Of a DNA stretch of 64,000 nt, positions 45,332 through 52,854 are shown piece by piece (the stretch's first letter is position 1; each line of letters opens with the position of its first letter). Origin of the DNA: Pseudomonadota bacterium (lineage in GTDB: Bacteria > Pseudomonadota > Alphaproteobacteria > Rhizobiales > Beijerinckiaceae); assembly GCA_023393655.1 (NCBI GenBank), contig JAEWKP010000381.1:2626-66625 (forward strand), read 5' to 3'. The position numbers were made by a program, and so were the translations under genes. The notes below the pieces were generated by a model. The model did no database searches, had not been told where the DNA came from, and saw only the letters and a program-made list of their open reading frames with translations.

Positions 45332-47199
45332 AGGTAGGCCTCGCACCATTGCTCGAGATTTAGCAGTGACCAGATCAGCAGGCGCCGGTTCTGACGGCCT
45401 TCGAGATGGTCCTCGATGAGCCCCTTCACCGTGCCTCGATCGAGATAATCGTAGATCCGTGCCCGATCATTCAGCAGCCGCCGGCGCACATAGTCGATGC
45501 TCTCGCCCTTGAACCAGCTCGCATCCGGGGCGGAGAAGCCCTGCTTCTCGCGCTCGGCGACCTGAGACGGGATATGCCGGCCCATCATCTTGCGCAGGAT
45601 CAGCTTCCCGTCACGCGTCTTCTCGAAATAGCGCTGCGCCTTGCCGCCCGGCTCGTTTTCATTGAGTTGAACAACCTCTGTCAAGTTGCCGAGCTTCATC
45701 TTGGCGGGGAGCCGCATGGCGAAATCGACGAGATCGTTGTCGAGGAAGGGCACGCGCCCTTCCAGCCCGTGGGCCATCGCCAGCTTGTCGTCGACGACGA
45801 GCAAGCCGTTGAGGAAGGTCTTCGCCTCGAAGTAGAGCGAGTGGTTGATGTAGTCCTCGGGCCGCGTCAGCTGCGAGGCGTGCTCATGGAAGACGCCGCG
45901 GAAGATCGCCATCGGGTCGGTCTGCCGGGCCTTGTCCCAGACCGGCGCCATCACCTGCGGCAGGATCTCGGTCGGCACCAGCCGCTGCCAGAAGCCGTAA
46001 TACTTCTCGACATAATGGTCGAAATCGTCGTTCACCACGGCGCGGTAGTAGCGCCAGGGGTAGCCGGCGAAAAGCTCGTCGCCGCCGGTGCCCGACAGCA
46101 CGACCTTCACGAATTTCGAAGCAAGCTTGGCGGCATAGTAGTTCGGATAGGACTGCCCGACCCGCGGCTCCTCGAGATGCCAGGCGAGGCGCGGCAGGCA
46201 GCGCTCCATGTCGCCGGCCTTCAGCACCATCTCGTAATGCTCGGTCTTGAACAGATACGACATGTGCTCGGCCTTCGAGCGCTCGTCATAGCCGAGCTCG
46301 ACGCCCGAGGCCGAATTCAGGTCGAAGCCCACCGTGAAGGTGCGCATGAAGGGCAGCTGCCGGGCCGCCAGCGCCGTGATCGAGCCGGAATCCATGCCGC
46401 CTGAGAGATAGGAGCCGACATCGACATCCGAGATCATCTGGCGCGAGACGGCCTGGCGGAACAGCCGGTCGAGCTCATCCAGCGCTTCGTTCTCGTCCGG
46501 CGCGTGCTCCGGCTCCTGGAAGTGGAAATCCCAGTAGCGCTGCGGCTCGAACGCTCTTTCGCCGGGGCCGACCTGGAGATAGCAGCCGGCAGGCAGGAGC
46601 TTGACGTTCTCGAACACGGTGTCGTCCGAGAAGAAATTCTGAAAGGTCAGGTATTCGGTGAGGCCGCCGACATTCATCCGCGCCTGGAAACCCGGGAAGC
46701 CGCGGAACGCCTTGATCTCCGAGGCGAAGAGCACCGCCCCGTCGACCACGGTGTAGTAGAGCGGCTTCACGCCGAAGCGGTCGCGCGCGAGCGTCAGCGT
46801 CTTATGCTGCCGATCCCAGATGCCGAATGCGAACATGCCGTTGAGCTTCTGGAGTGCCGCGATGCCCCATTCTGCGAAGGCCGTGAGCAGGACCTCGCTG
46901 TCGCCCGTCGAATGGAACCGGTGCCCCCGTGCGGAAAGGTCCGCCTTCAGCTCATGGAAGTTGTAGATCTCGCCATTGTAGGTCAGCACATAACGGCCGT
47001 CGCGCGTCGTCATCGGCTGGCGCGCGGCGTCGGTCAGGTCGATGATCGACAGGCGGCGATGGCCCAGCCCGACCGGCCCGTCGCAATAATGCCCTTCGCC
47101 GTCGGGGCCGCGATGGGCGATGATGTCGGTCATCGCCTTCATCACGACCGGCGAGGCCGGCCTGCCGTCCCGGTGAAGGACGCCTGCAATACCGCACAT
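45328..47199 (-). CDS. asnB: AsnB-family glutamine amidotransferase
   Basis: MCGIAG, HRGPD, GHRRLSIID, LSGGMDS, SGTGGDE, EGRVPFLD. Confidence 0.92.
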   Translation of the reverse strand: MCGIAGVLHRDGRPASPVVMKAMTDIIAHRGPDGEGHYCDGPVGLGHRRLSIIDLTDAARQPMTTRDGRYVLTYNGEIYNFHELKADLSARGHRFHSTGDSEVLLTAFAEWGIAALQKLNGMFAFGIWDRQHKTLTLARDRFGVKPLYYTVVDGAVLFASEIKAFRGFPGFQARMNVGGLTEYLTFQNFFSDDTVFENVKLLPAGCYLQVGPGERAFEPQRYWDFHFQEPEHAPDENEALDELDRLFRQAVSRQMISDVDVGSYLSGGMDSGSITALAARQLPFMRTFTVGFDLNSASGVELGYDERSKAEHMSYLFKTEHYEMVLKAGDMERCLPRLAWHLEEPRVGQSYPNYYAAKLASKFVKVVLSGTGGDELFAGYPWRYYRAVVNDDFDHYVEKYYGFWQRLVPTEILPQVMAPVWDKARQTDPMAIFRGVFHEHASQLTRPEDYINHSLYFEAKTFLNGLLVVDDKLAMAHGLEGRVPFLDNDLVDFAMRLPAKMKLGNLTEVVQLNENEPGGKAQRYFEKTRDGKLILRKMMGRHIPSQVAEREKQGFSAPDASWFKGESIDYVRRRLLNDRARIYDYLDRGTVKGLIEDHLEGRQNRRLLIWSLLNLEQWCEAYL

Positions 47200-47265
47200 G
47201 AAGTTATGGTCCGATCAGGGAACTGATGGCCGGCGGGATGTCTCGCCGGCCGATTTCGATGAGGG

Positions 47266-48261
47266 TCAGATCTGGGCCTTGGCCCGGCGCTGCGCGACCT
47301 GCTCGATATGGAGCTTGCGCCACTCGATGAGCTGCTTCAGCCCTTCGTCGAGGTCGATCTGCGCGGTGAAGCCGATCTCCTTGCTCGCCTTCACCGGCGA
47401 GCCGATGCGGTTGCGCACCAGCGTCGCCTGGCTGCGCGGCGCATAGTTGATCGGCTGGTTGGAGCCGGTCAGGTTCAGGAGCTTCTCGGCGACTTCCTTG
47501 AGCGAGGTCCGCTTGCCGGTGCCGACATTGTAGAAGCTGTCGGTGGCGGTCGACTGCATCGCGCAGAGGTTGGAGCGGGCGCAATCCTCCACCGCGACGA
47601 AATCGAAGGCCTCGGAGCCGTCACCCATGATGGTCGGGCCTTCGCCACGGTCGATCGCGTCGAGCATCTTCATGATCACGGCGATGTAGGCGCCGCGATA
47701 GTCCTGGCGCGGCCCGTAGACGTTCATGTAGCGCAGGCCGACATAGTCGAGCCCGTAGCGGAAGTGATAGGCTCGCGCCATCGCCTCGCCGCAGATCTTG
47801 GTCGCGCCGTAGAAGTTCTTGTTGTTGAACGGATGATCCTCGGTCATCGGCTCCTCGACGGCGTCGCCGTAGACGGAGGCCGAGGACGACCAGACCAGGC
47901 GCTTGACGCCGTTGCGGACACAGCCGTCCAGCACGTTGAACATGCCGCGGACATTGGTCTCGAAGGCCGTGCGCGGATATTCATGGCACTGCAGCAGCCA
48001 CAGCGCCGCGAACTGGAAGACGCCGTCCGTCCCCTTGAGAGCGGTGTCCAGGATGTCGGTCTGGGTGATGTCACCGCCGGCCTCGAAAATCTTAACGCGT
48101 GGGTCTTTGAGGGCCTCGGCGAGGTTCTCCGTCGTGCCGCGAACGAAGTTGTCGTAGATCACGATCTCGCCGACATCCGTCTTGGTCAGTTGATCCACGG
48201 CGTGCGAGCCGATCAGCCCGGCCCCGCCGATCACCACGACGCGCTTTCCCTTGAGTTCCAC
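47266..48261 (-). CDS. NAD-dependent nucleotide-sugar epimerase/dehydratase (extended SDR)
   Basis: GGAGLIG, SSSASVYG, YGATK, RYMNVYGP. Confidence 0.9.
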   Translation of the reverse strand: MELKGKRVVVIGGAGLIGSHAVDQLTKTDVGEIVIYDNFVRGTTENLAEALKDPRVKIFEAGGDITQTDILDTALKGTDGVFQFAALWLLQCHEYPRTAFETNVRGMFNVLDGCVRNGVKRLVWSSSASVYGDAVEEPMTEDHPFNNKNFYGATKICGEAMARAYHFRYGLDYVGLRYMNVYGPRQDYRGAYIAVIMKMLDAIDRGEGPTIMGDGSEAFDFVAVEDCARSNLCAMQSTATDSFYNVGTGKRTSLKEVAEKLLNLTGSNQPINYAPRSQATLVRNRIGSPVKASKEIGFTAQIDLDEGLKQLIEWRKLHIEQVAQRRAKAQI

Positions 48262-48313
48262 GGCTCGTTCCCCTTGCTGGCGATGCGGCGGCAGCGCCGG
48301 CGCACGAAATTTC

Positions 48314-48348
48314 CAAGCTACCGCAGTCCGGGTGCAACCAGCGCCCAG
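48314..48348 (-). promoter_or_regulatory. JUMPstart/ops-like antitermination element
   Basis: Minus strand reads CTGGGCGCTGGTTGCACCCGGACTGCGGTAGCTTG; last 12 nt match ops GGCGGTAGnnTG except at the first base; sits between the RfaH-like gene and the first biosynthetic gene. Confidence 0.75.
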
Positions 48349-48380
48349 ACAACGACGATTCGACCGGCCGAATCTGCCGC

Positions 48381-48905
48381 CTAGGCGGCCTTTTCGACCA
48401 ATTCCTCTCCCAGGACCACACGAACCTGGCTGCCCAGCAGTTCGAGCAGCACGGCGACGCGATCCTGATCCCTGAAGCCCTCGAACAGGCCCAGCGCTTC
48501 TGCAAAACTGCCCGAACGGATGCGGATGATCTCGCCCGACACGAAGTCCGGCCGCTGCGACAGCGCGATGAAGCCCTGCCCATCCGCGCGTGCCTTCAGC
48601 CCAGCGACGATGCCGCCAGCGACCGGGACCGGCCCGTCCTCGCCGGCGATCACGCGCACCACGCCATAAGTCCCGTTGATCGAGCGCCAGCGCTGGCGCG
48701 CCGGATCGAGCGAGACGAAGAGATAGCCCGGAAACAACGGCGCAGGGACAAAGGTTACCTTGCGCGCATGCCGGCGCTTCCGGAGGTAGCGCGGCAGGAA
48801 GGCCTCGAAACCCTGATTGGCGAGCTCCTGCGCCGCCCGTGCCTCGCAGAGATGGCGTGTCTGGACGACATACCAGCGCGCAGCGACCGGAGCGTTCGTG
48901 GCCAT
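48381..48905 (-). CDS. RfaH/NusG-family transcription antiterminator
   Basis: WYVVQT, A..L..QGFEAFLP, PLFPGYLFV, INGTYGV (NGN domain) plus KOW-like GEIIRIRSGSF. Confidence 0.88.
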   Translation of the reverse strand: MATNAPVAARWYVVQTRHLCEARAAQELANQGFEAFLPRYLRKRRHARKVTFVPAPLFPGYLFVSLDPARQRWRSINGTYGVVRVIAGEDGPVPVAGGIVAGLKARADGQGFIALSQRPDFVSGEIIRIRSGSFAEALGLFEGFRDQDRVAVLLELLGSQVRVVLGEELVEKAA

Positions 48906-48910
48906 CGGGG

Positions 48911-49585
48911 TCAAGAGCGCGCCTCCCCGGTTCTCACCGAGAGCATCGGCGGCGCCAGGACGCGAGAGGCGCTGAGATCGGCAACCGCCAGATCGCACCA
49001 GCGCTGCGCCTCATGGATGCCGGTGACGATGGCGCCGTCCGGGCGAGCCGGAGCCGCTTCCAGGCTGGCGACAACGGGGATGTTGAACAGGCTCGGCTTG
49101 CGCATGCTGCCATCGACGATCACGACGATGGCGATGCCATGCTCGGCCGCGCAAAGCACCGCGATTTCGGTCAGGTCACTGCCGCCATAGAGCGCCAGAC
49201 TGTTGAACTTTCGCGCGCGAGCCTCCTCGAACAGGGCAGAGCACTGTAAACGAGCGCGACGAAAGAAGGACAAGGACCACGACAGGTAATCGGCCGTAAG
49301 CCGGGACTTTTCCGCGAAGCCGGAGGGCGTGAGGTAATAGGCATAGCGCCGCGACGGCACCTGCTGGACCTTGATCAGGCCCTTCTTCACGCAGCGCTTG
49401 ATGTAGGTGTTGACGAGCCCGAGTGCGACGCCGAGTTCGCTGGCGAGCGCGCGCTGCGAGACATGCGCATCGCGCTCGACGAAGGCGAGCAGCCCTGCAA
49501 TATGGCGCCCCTCGGCTTCAACAACGGCCGGGCTCAACGCCTCGTCGCGCACGGCAGCAGCGGCACTGTTCGATCCTGGGATCAT
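48911..49585 (-). CDS. MarR-type winged-helix regulator (EPS-associated type)
   Basis: SQRALASELGVALGLVN..IK..VKKG, YAYYLTPSGFAEK; C-terminal Rossmann-like segment. Confidence 0.85.
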   Translation of the reverse strand: MIPGSNSAAAAVRDEALSPAVVEAEGRHIAGLLAFVERDAHVSQRALASELGVALGLVNTYIKRCVKKGLIKVQQVPSRRYAYYLTPSGFAEKSRLTADYLSWSLSFFRRARLQCSALFEEARARKFNSLALYGGSDLTEIAVLCAAEHGIAIVVIVDGSMRKPSLFNIPVVASLEAAPARPDGAIVTGIHEAQRWCDLAVADLSASRVLAPPMLSVRTGEARS

Positions 49586-49600
49586 GCCGCGCCGCCTAAC

Positions 49601-49619
49601 ACGTTCACGGCGTGAACGT
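49601..49619. promoter_or_regulatory. Inverted repeat, candidate operator of the MarR-like regulator
   Basis: Perfect ACGTTCACG-G-CGTGAACGT about 15 bp upstream of the start codon. Confidence 0.65.
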
Positions 49620-49693
49620 CAAATCTGGTCAGGAACGAAGTGTCGTGGTTGCGCCGTCCTCTTTTCCGCGAGGCGGCTACACGAAATATGTCA

Positions 49694-49709
49694 CCGTAAA
49701 CGTTTACGG
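49694..49709. promoter_or_regulatory. Perfect 16-bp palindrome, candidate transcription-factor site
   Basis: CCGTAAACGTTTACGG in the intergenic region upstream of the glycan operon. Confidence 0.6.
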
Positions 49710-49860
49710 ACGTAGCGGTATAAAGACCCGAGTTCAAGCACAATAGACATCGATCACATTTAGGTTTTACCTCACGACTCCGAATGACCTCTGCTTGTCA
49801 CGACTCCAATGTATTTCTCGATGCGACATCTTTGACCTAACGCTGGATTGGAAATACGAA

Positions 49861-50085
49861 TCAATACCTACCTTCCAACGCAACGCTCGACCTCTCCGTC
49901 CCAATCTCAACACCCCCTTCCTCGAGCGCGAGTTTAATGCCCCGCAGATTGTGATGCGTGGGCACGCGCCGTCCTTTTTCGAAGTCGCGGATTGTTGATA
50001 GGCCGAGATGGGCGGCCTTGGCGAGGTCTTGCTGGCTCCAATCGAGGAGCGCACGAGCAGCGCGGCACTGGGCTGGTGTGATCAT
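49861..50085 (-). CDS. XRE-family HTH regulator
   Basis: MITPAQCRAARALLDWSQQDLA...STIRDFEKG...ALEEGGVE. Confidence 0.9.
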   Translation of the reverse strand: MITPAQCRAARALLDWSQQDLAKAAHLGLSTIRDFEKGRRVPTHHNLRGIKLALEEGGVEIGTERSSVALEGRY

Positions 50086-50103
50086 GCATCGAGCTTAGGC
50101 TGA

Positions 50104-50189
50104 TCAACGCTTTTCGTCGAGTATAAACCTTTACGGTTGACTGCAGGCCCAAAAGGAAGGGAACCGTCCGTCACCGACGATTTTCGTCG
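50104..50189. promoter_or_regulatory. Repeated inverted-repeat sites, candidate XRE operators
   Basis: CAACG-CTTTT-CGTCG (50105-50119) and CGACG-ATTTT-CGTCG (50175-50189) in the divergent promoter region. Confidence 0.6.
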
Positions 50190-50199
50190 CTGGAGGACG

Positions 50200-50508
50200 A
50201 TGATGACCCTGATCCTGGAGTTCGAGCGCAAGCTCATTTTCTACAAACCCGGCATCCTGCGCTACGCCATGCGGCAAGCGGGGCCAGGGTTTTTCGCTGC
50301 GCAGAACCAGGCGCAACGACGCCAGCTGCTCTCACAATCACTCAAGCGCGGATGGGCTGAGGCACGAGCTGAGCTGGCGGCCTTCCAGCGGCTGCAGGCG
50401 CTCGTACCAGAACGCCATGCCGGGCCGCCTCCCCACCACACGGGCCTTTTGGCCGCTTCGCCGCACGCGGCCTCCCCGATCGCCTCCGGCTATCGCCAGC
50501 TTCACTGA
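50200..50508 (+). CDS. Hypothetical protein
   Basis: GGAGG directly before ATGATG; first ORF of the plus-strand run; no recognised motif. Confidence 0.55.
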   Translation: MMTLILEFERKLIFYKPGILRYAMRQAGPGFFAAQNQAQRRQLLSQSLKRGWAEARAELAAFQRLQALVPERHAGPPPHHTGLLAASPHAASPIASGYRQLH

Positions 50509-50511
50509 GGG

Positions 50512-50706
50512 ATGGCCATGAACTCCACATTGCCACCCCGTTTGCTCGTGACCTCACCGTCGCCGCCGAGCGAGATGACGGTTAAGCCCCTGCCCTCAAC
50601 CTCTCGTCTCAGCTCAGCCGAGCTCGCCCAATCCTACCGAACCTGGTGGTTCGGCCCGGCGCGCTCCGTATCCCGCGATCATCACACCGCGAGGGTCAGG
50701 CGATGA
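50512..50706 (+). CDS. Small hypothetical protein
   Basis: Fills the gap in the operon; GAGGG upstream; stop overlaps the ERF start (ATGA). Confidence 0.4.
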   Translation: MAMNSTLPPRLLVTSPSPPSEMTVKPLPSTSRLSSAELAQSYRTWWFGPARSVSRDHHTARVRR

Positions 50707-51443
50707 CGAGCACATCGCGCCATCGGCGCTCCTCCGCAGGTTTTCGGCTGACCGAGTTGCGCCCAGCTCCTACGATCACCCCCTTGAGCCTGTTGAGTTC
50801 CGCACTCGACCGTGGCGCGGATGAACATGTGCTGTCTCAGCTGATCGGCCTGCACGAACGCAGCCGCGCGGATGATGCGCGCTGCGCTTTTGAGGCTGCG
50901 CTCGCGGCGGCCAAGGCCGAGCTTCCGGTGATCGCTAAGACACAGATCGCCAGCATCGGCATCAAGCACTATCGGCATGAGGATCTGGCCGAGATTGCCC
51001 GCGCGATCGGCCCCGTTCTCGGTCGTCACGGTCTGGCCTACCGGTTCCGGTCGAGGACCGATGGCGAACTGGTGACGCTGACCTGCGTGATTTCGCATCG
51101 CGATGGTTACAGTGAAGAGAACAGCCTTTCGGCCGCAGCTGATCACAGCGGCGAAAAGAACGCGATCCAGGCAATCGGCTCGACGCTGACCTATCTGCAG
51201 CGGATGACGCTGAAAGCAGCGCTGGGCTTGGCGGCGGCCGATGACGATGACGGCAAGGCCGCAGGGTCCGGTGAGACCATCACCCGCCAGCAGACCCGGG
51301 AGCTGCTCGCGCTGATCGACGAGGTCGGCGGCGAGCGCGAGGCCCTGCTGCGCTTCTTCAAGATCAAAGCCTTTGCCGAACTTCCAGCACGCCGCTTCCG
51401 GCAAGCGCTGGTGATGCTCAACGCCAGGAAGGGACGGGCCTGA
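50703..51443 (+). CDS. ERF-family single-strand annealing protein
   Basis: ERF motif QAIGSTLTYLQRMTL...GL...DDDDG; upstream of an exonuclease. Confidence 0.85.
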   Translation: MTSTSRHRRSSAGFRLTELRPAPTITPLSLLSSALDRGADEHVLSQLIGLHERSRADDARCAFEAALAAAKAELPVIAKTQIASIGIKHYRHEDLAEIARAIGPVLGRHGLAYRFRSRTDGELVTLTCVISHRDGYSEENSLSAAADHSGEKNAIQAIGSTLTYLQRMTLKAALGLAAADDDDGKAAGSGETITRQQTRELLALIDEVGGEREALLRFFKIKAFAELPARRFRQALVMLNARKGRA

Positions 51444-51445
51444 CC

Positions 51446-52069
51446 ATGCTCGAGATCATCAACTGCACACAAGGCTCACCTGAGTGGGCGCAAGCGCGCC
51501 TGGGCATCCCAACAGCATCAGAGTTCGCCTCGATCCTGACCAAGGGCCGCGGCGGCGCTGAGAGCCGAACCCGGCAGACCTACCTCTACAAACTCGCCGG
51601 CGAACGACTGACCGGCGAAGTGATGGAGAGCTTCACCTCAGCGCATATGGAACGTGGCAAGCTGAGGGAGGAGGAAGCGCGCAGCGCCTACAGCTTCGTC
51701 ACCGGCCTGGATTGCGAGACCATCGGGTTCTTGCGTCGCGGACGAGCGGGCGCTTCACCCGATGCGCTGATCGGCAAGAACGGCCTGCTCGAGATCAAGA
51801 CCAAGCTGCCGCATCTCCTGATCGAGGCGCTTCTCAAGGGCGAGCTCCCGCCGGAGCACAAGGCGCAGTGCCAGGGACAGCTCTGGATCGCCGAGCGCGA
51901 CTGGATCGACCTCGCGATCTATTGGCCGGGCCTGCCGATCATGATCACCCGGGCCCATCGCGACGAAGCGTTCATCGCTGAGCTCAGCGCAGCTATCACA
52001 CAGTTCAATGACGAACTCGATCGGATCGTCGCGCAGGTCGCCGCTTACGGCCGGCTGGAGGCGGCCTGA
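51446..52069 (+). CDS. YqaJ / lambda-exonuclease family protein
   Basis: QGSPEW..ARLG..TAS, MERG, GASPD, LEIK, QCQGQL. Confidence 0.9.
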   Translation: MLEIINCTQGSPEWAQARLGIPTASEFASILTKGRGGAESRTRQTYLYKLAGERLTGEVMESFTSAHMERGKLREEEARSAYSFVTGLDCETIGFLRRGRAGASPDALIGKNGLLEIKTKLPHLLIEALLKGELPPEHKAQCQGQLWIAERDWIDLAIYWPGLPIMITRAHRDEAFIAELSAAITQFNDELDRIVAQVAAYGRLEAA

Positions 52070-52464
52070 TGGGTGGGCGCCGCGAGTTCACCCGCAGCCA
52101 GAAGGTCGCCATGCTCAAGCGAGCCATGGATGAGCGCGGCTGCATCCGCTGCGAGGGCTGCGGGCTCAATGTCTCCGGCAAGGTCGTCGAGTTCGACCAT
52201 GTCATCGCGGAAGCTCTCATCCTCGACAAGACGCGAGAGCTTTCAATCGACGACGGTCGTGTTCTCGGCCGTGACTGCTGTCATCGCGCACCAGGTGCCA
52301 AGACCGCTCGCGACCTGGCCGCAATCGCCGAAGCCAAGCGTCGCGAAGCCCGCCATCTCGGGATCAAGCCAATGGCTTCGCGCGGATTCAACCGAGCGCC
52401 GCCGCAGATGAAGGCCTCCCGCCCGCTCGCCAAGCCAGCGATCTGGCGCCGCGATGACCGCTAA
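52069..52464 (+). CDS. HNH-type endonuclease
   Basis: CEGC..EFDH..CCH..KT..D pattern typical of phage HNH proteins; TGATG coupling. Confidence 0.7.
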   Translation: MGGRREFTRSQKVAMLKRAMDERGCIRCEGCGLNVSGKVVEFDHVIAEALILDKTRELSIDDGRVLGRDCCHRAPGAKTARDLAAIAEAKRREARHLGIKPMASRGFNRAPPQMKASRPLAKPAIWRRDDR

Positions 52465-52491
52465 TTCCGATATTTCAAGGAGCTCGCTTCC

Positions 52492-52854
52492 GTGTTCTCT
52501 CCTGCTCTCTGTCGACATCCCGGCCACCATCGCTGGCCTTCCCTCATCACCGCCATCATGCTGGTCAATGCCGTCAGCGCCTGTACATCTCGCACCATCA
52601 TGCGCTTCGACCGTTACGACGGACGCAGCGATGCCGGCGCCGTCGCGCAGTTCCAGCAGGACGACGCCATCTGCAAAGGCGAAGCCGCCAAGGCCCAGGC
52701 CATGGCGGCTCCGATCTACATGGGCCGCAGTCTTGCCGATGCGATGGAAGCTGGCATGCTCGAAGGTCAGCGCAATCAAGCGCTCAGCCGGATCATGGTC
52801 GGCTGCATGGCCGGCCGCGGCTACAGCATGACGGTCGTGACGGTTAACCCCTAA
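52492..52854 (+). CDS. Putative small lipoprotein
   Basis: Hydrophobic stretch ending in lipobox VSAC; D..IC and GCMAGRGY cysteine pair; start uncertain. Confidence 0.55.
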   Translation: MFSPALCRHPGHHRWPSLITAIMLVNAVSACTSRTIMRFDRYDGRSDAGAVAQFQQDDAICKGEAAKAQAMAAPIYMGRSLADAMEAGMLEGQRNQALSRIMVGCMAGRGYSMTVVTVNP

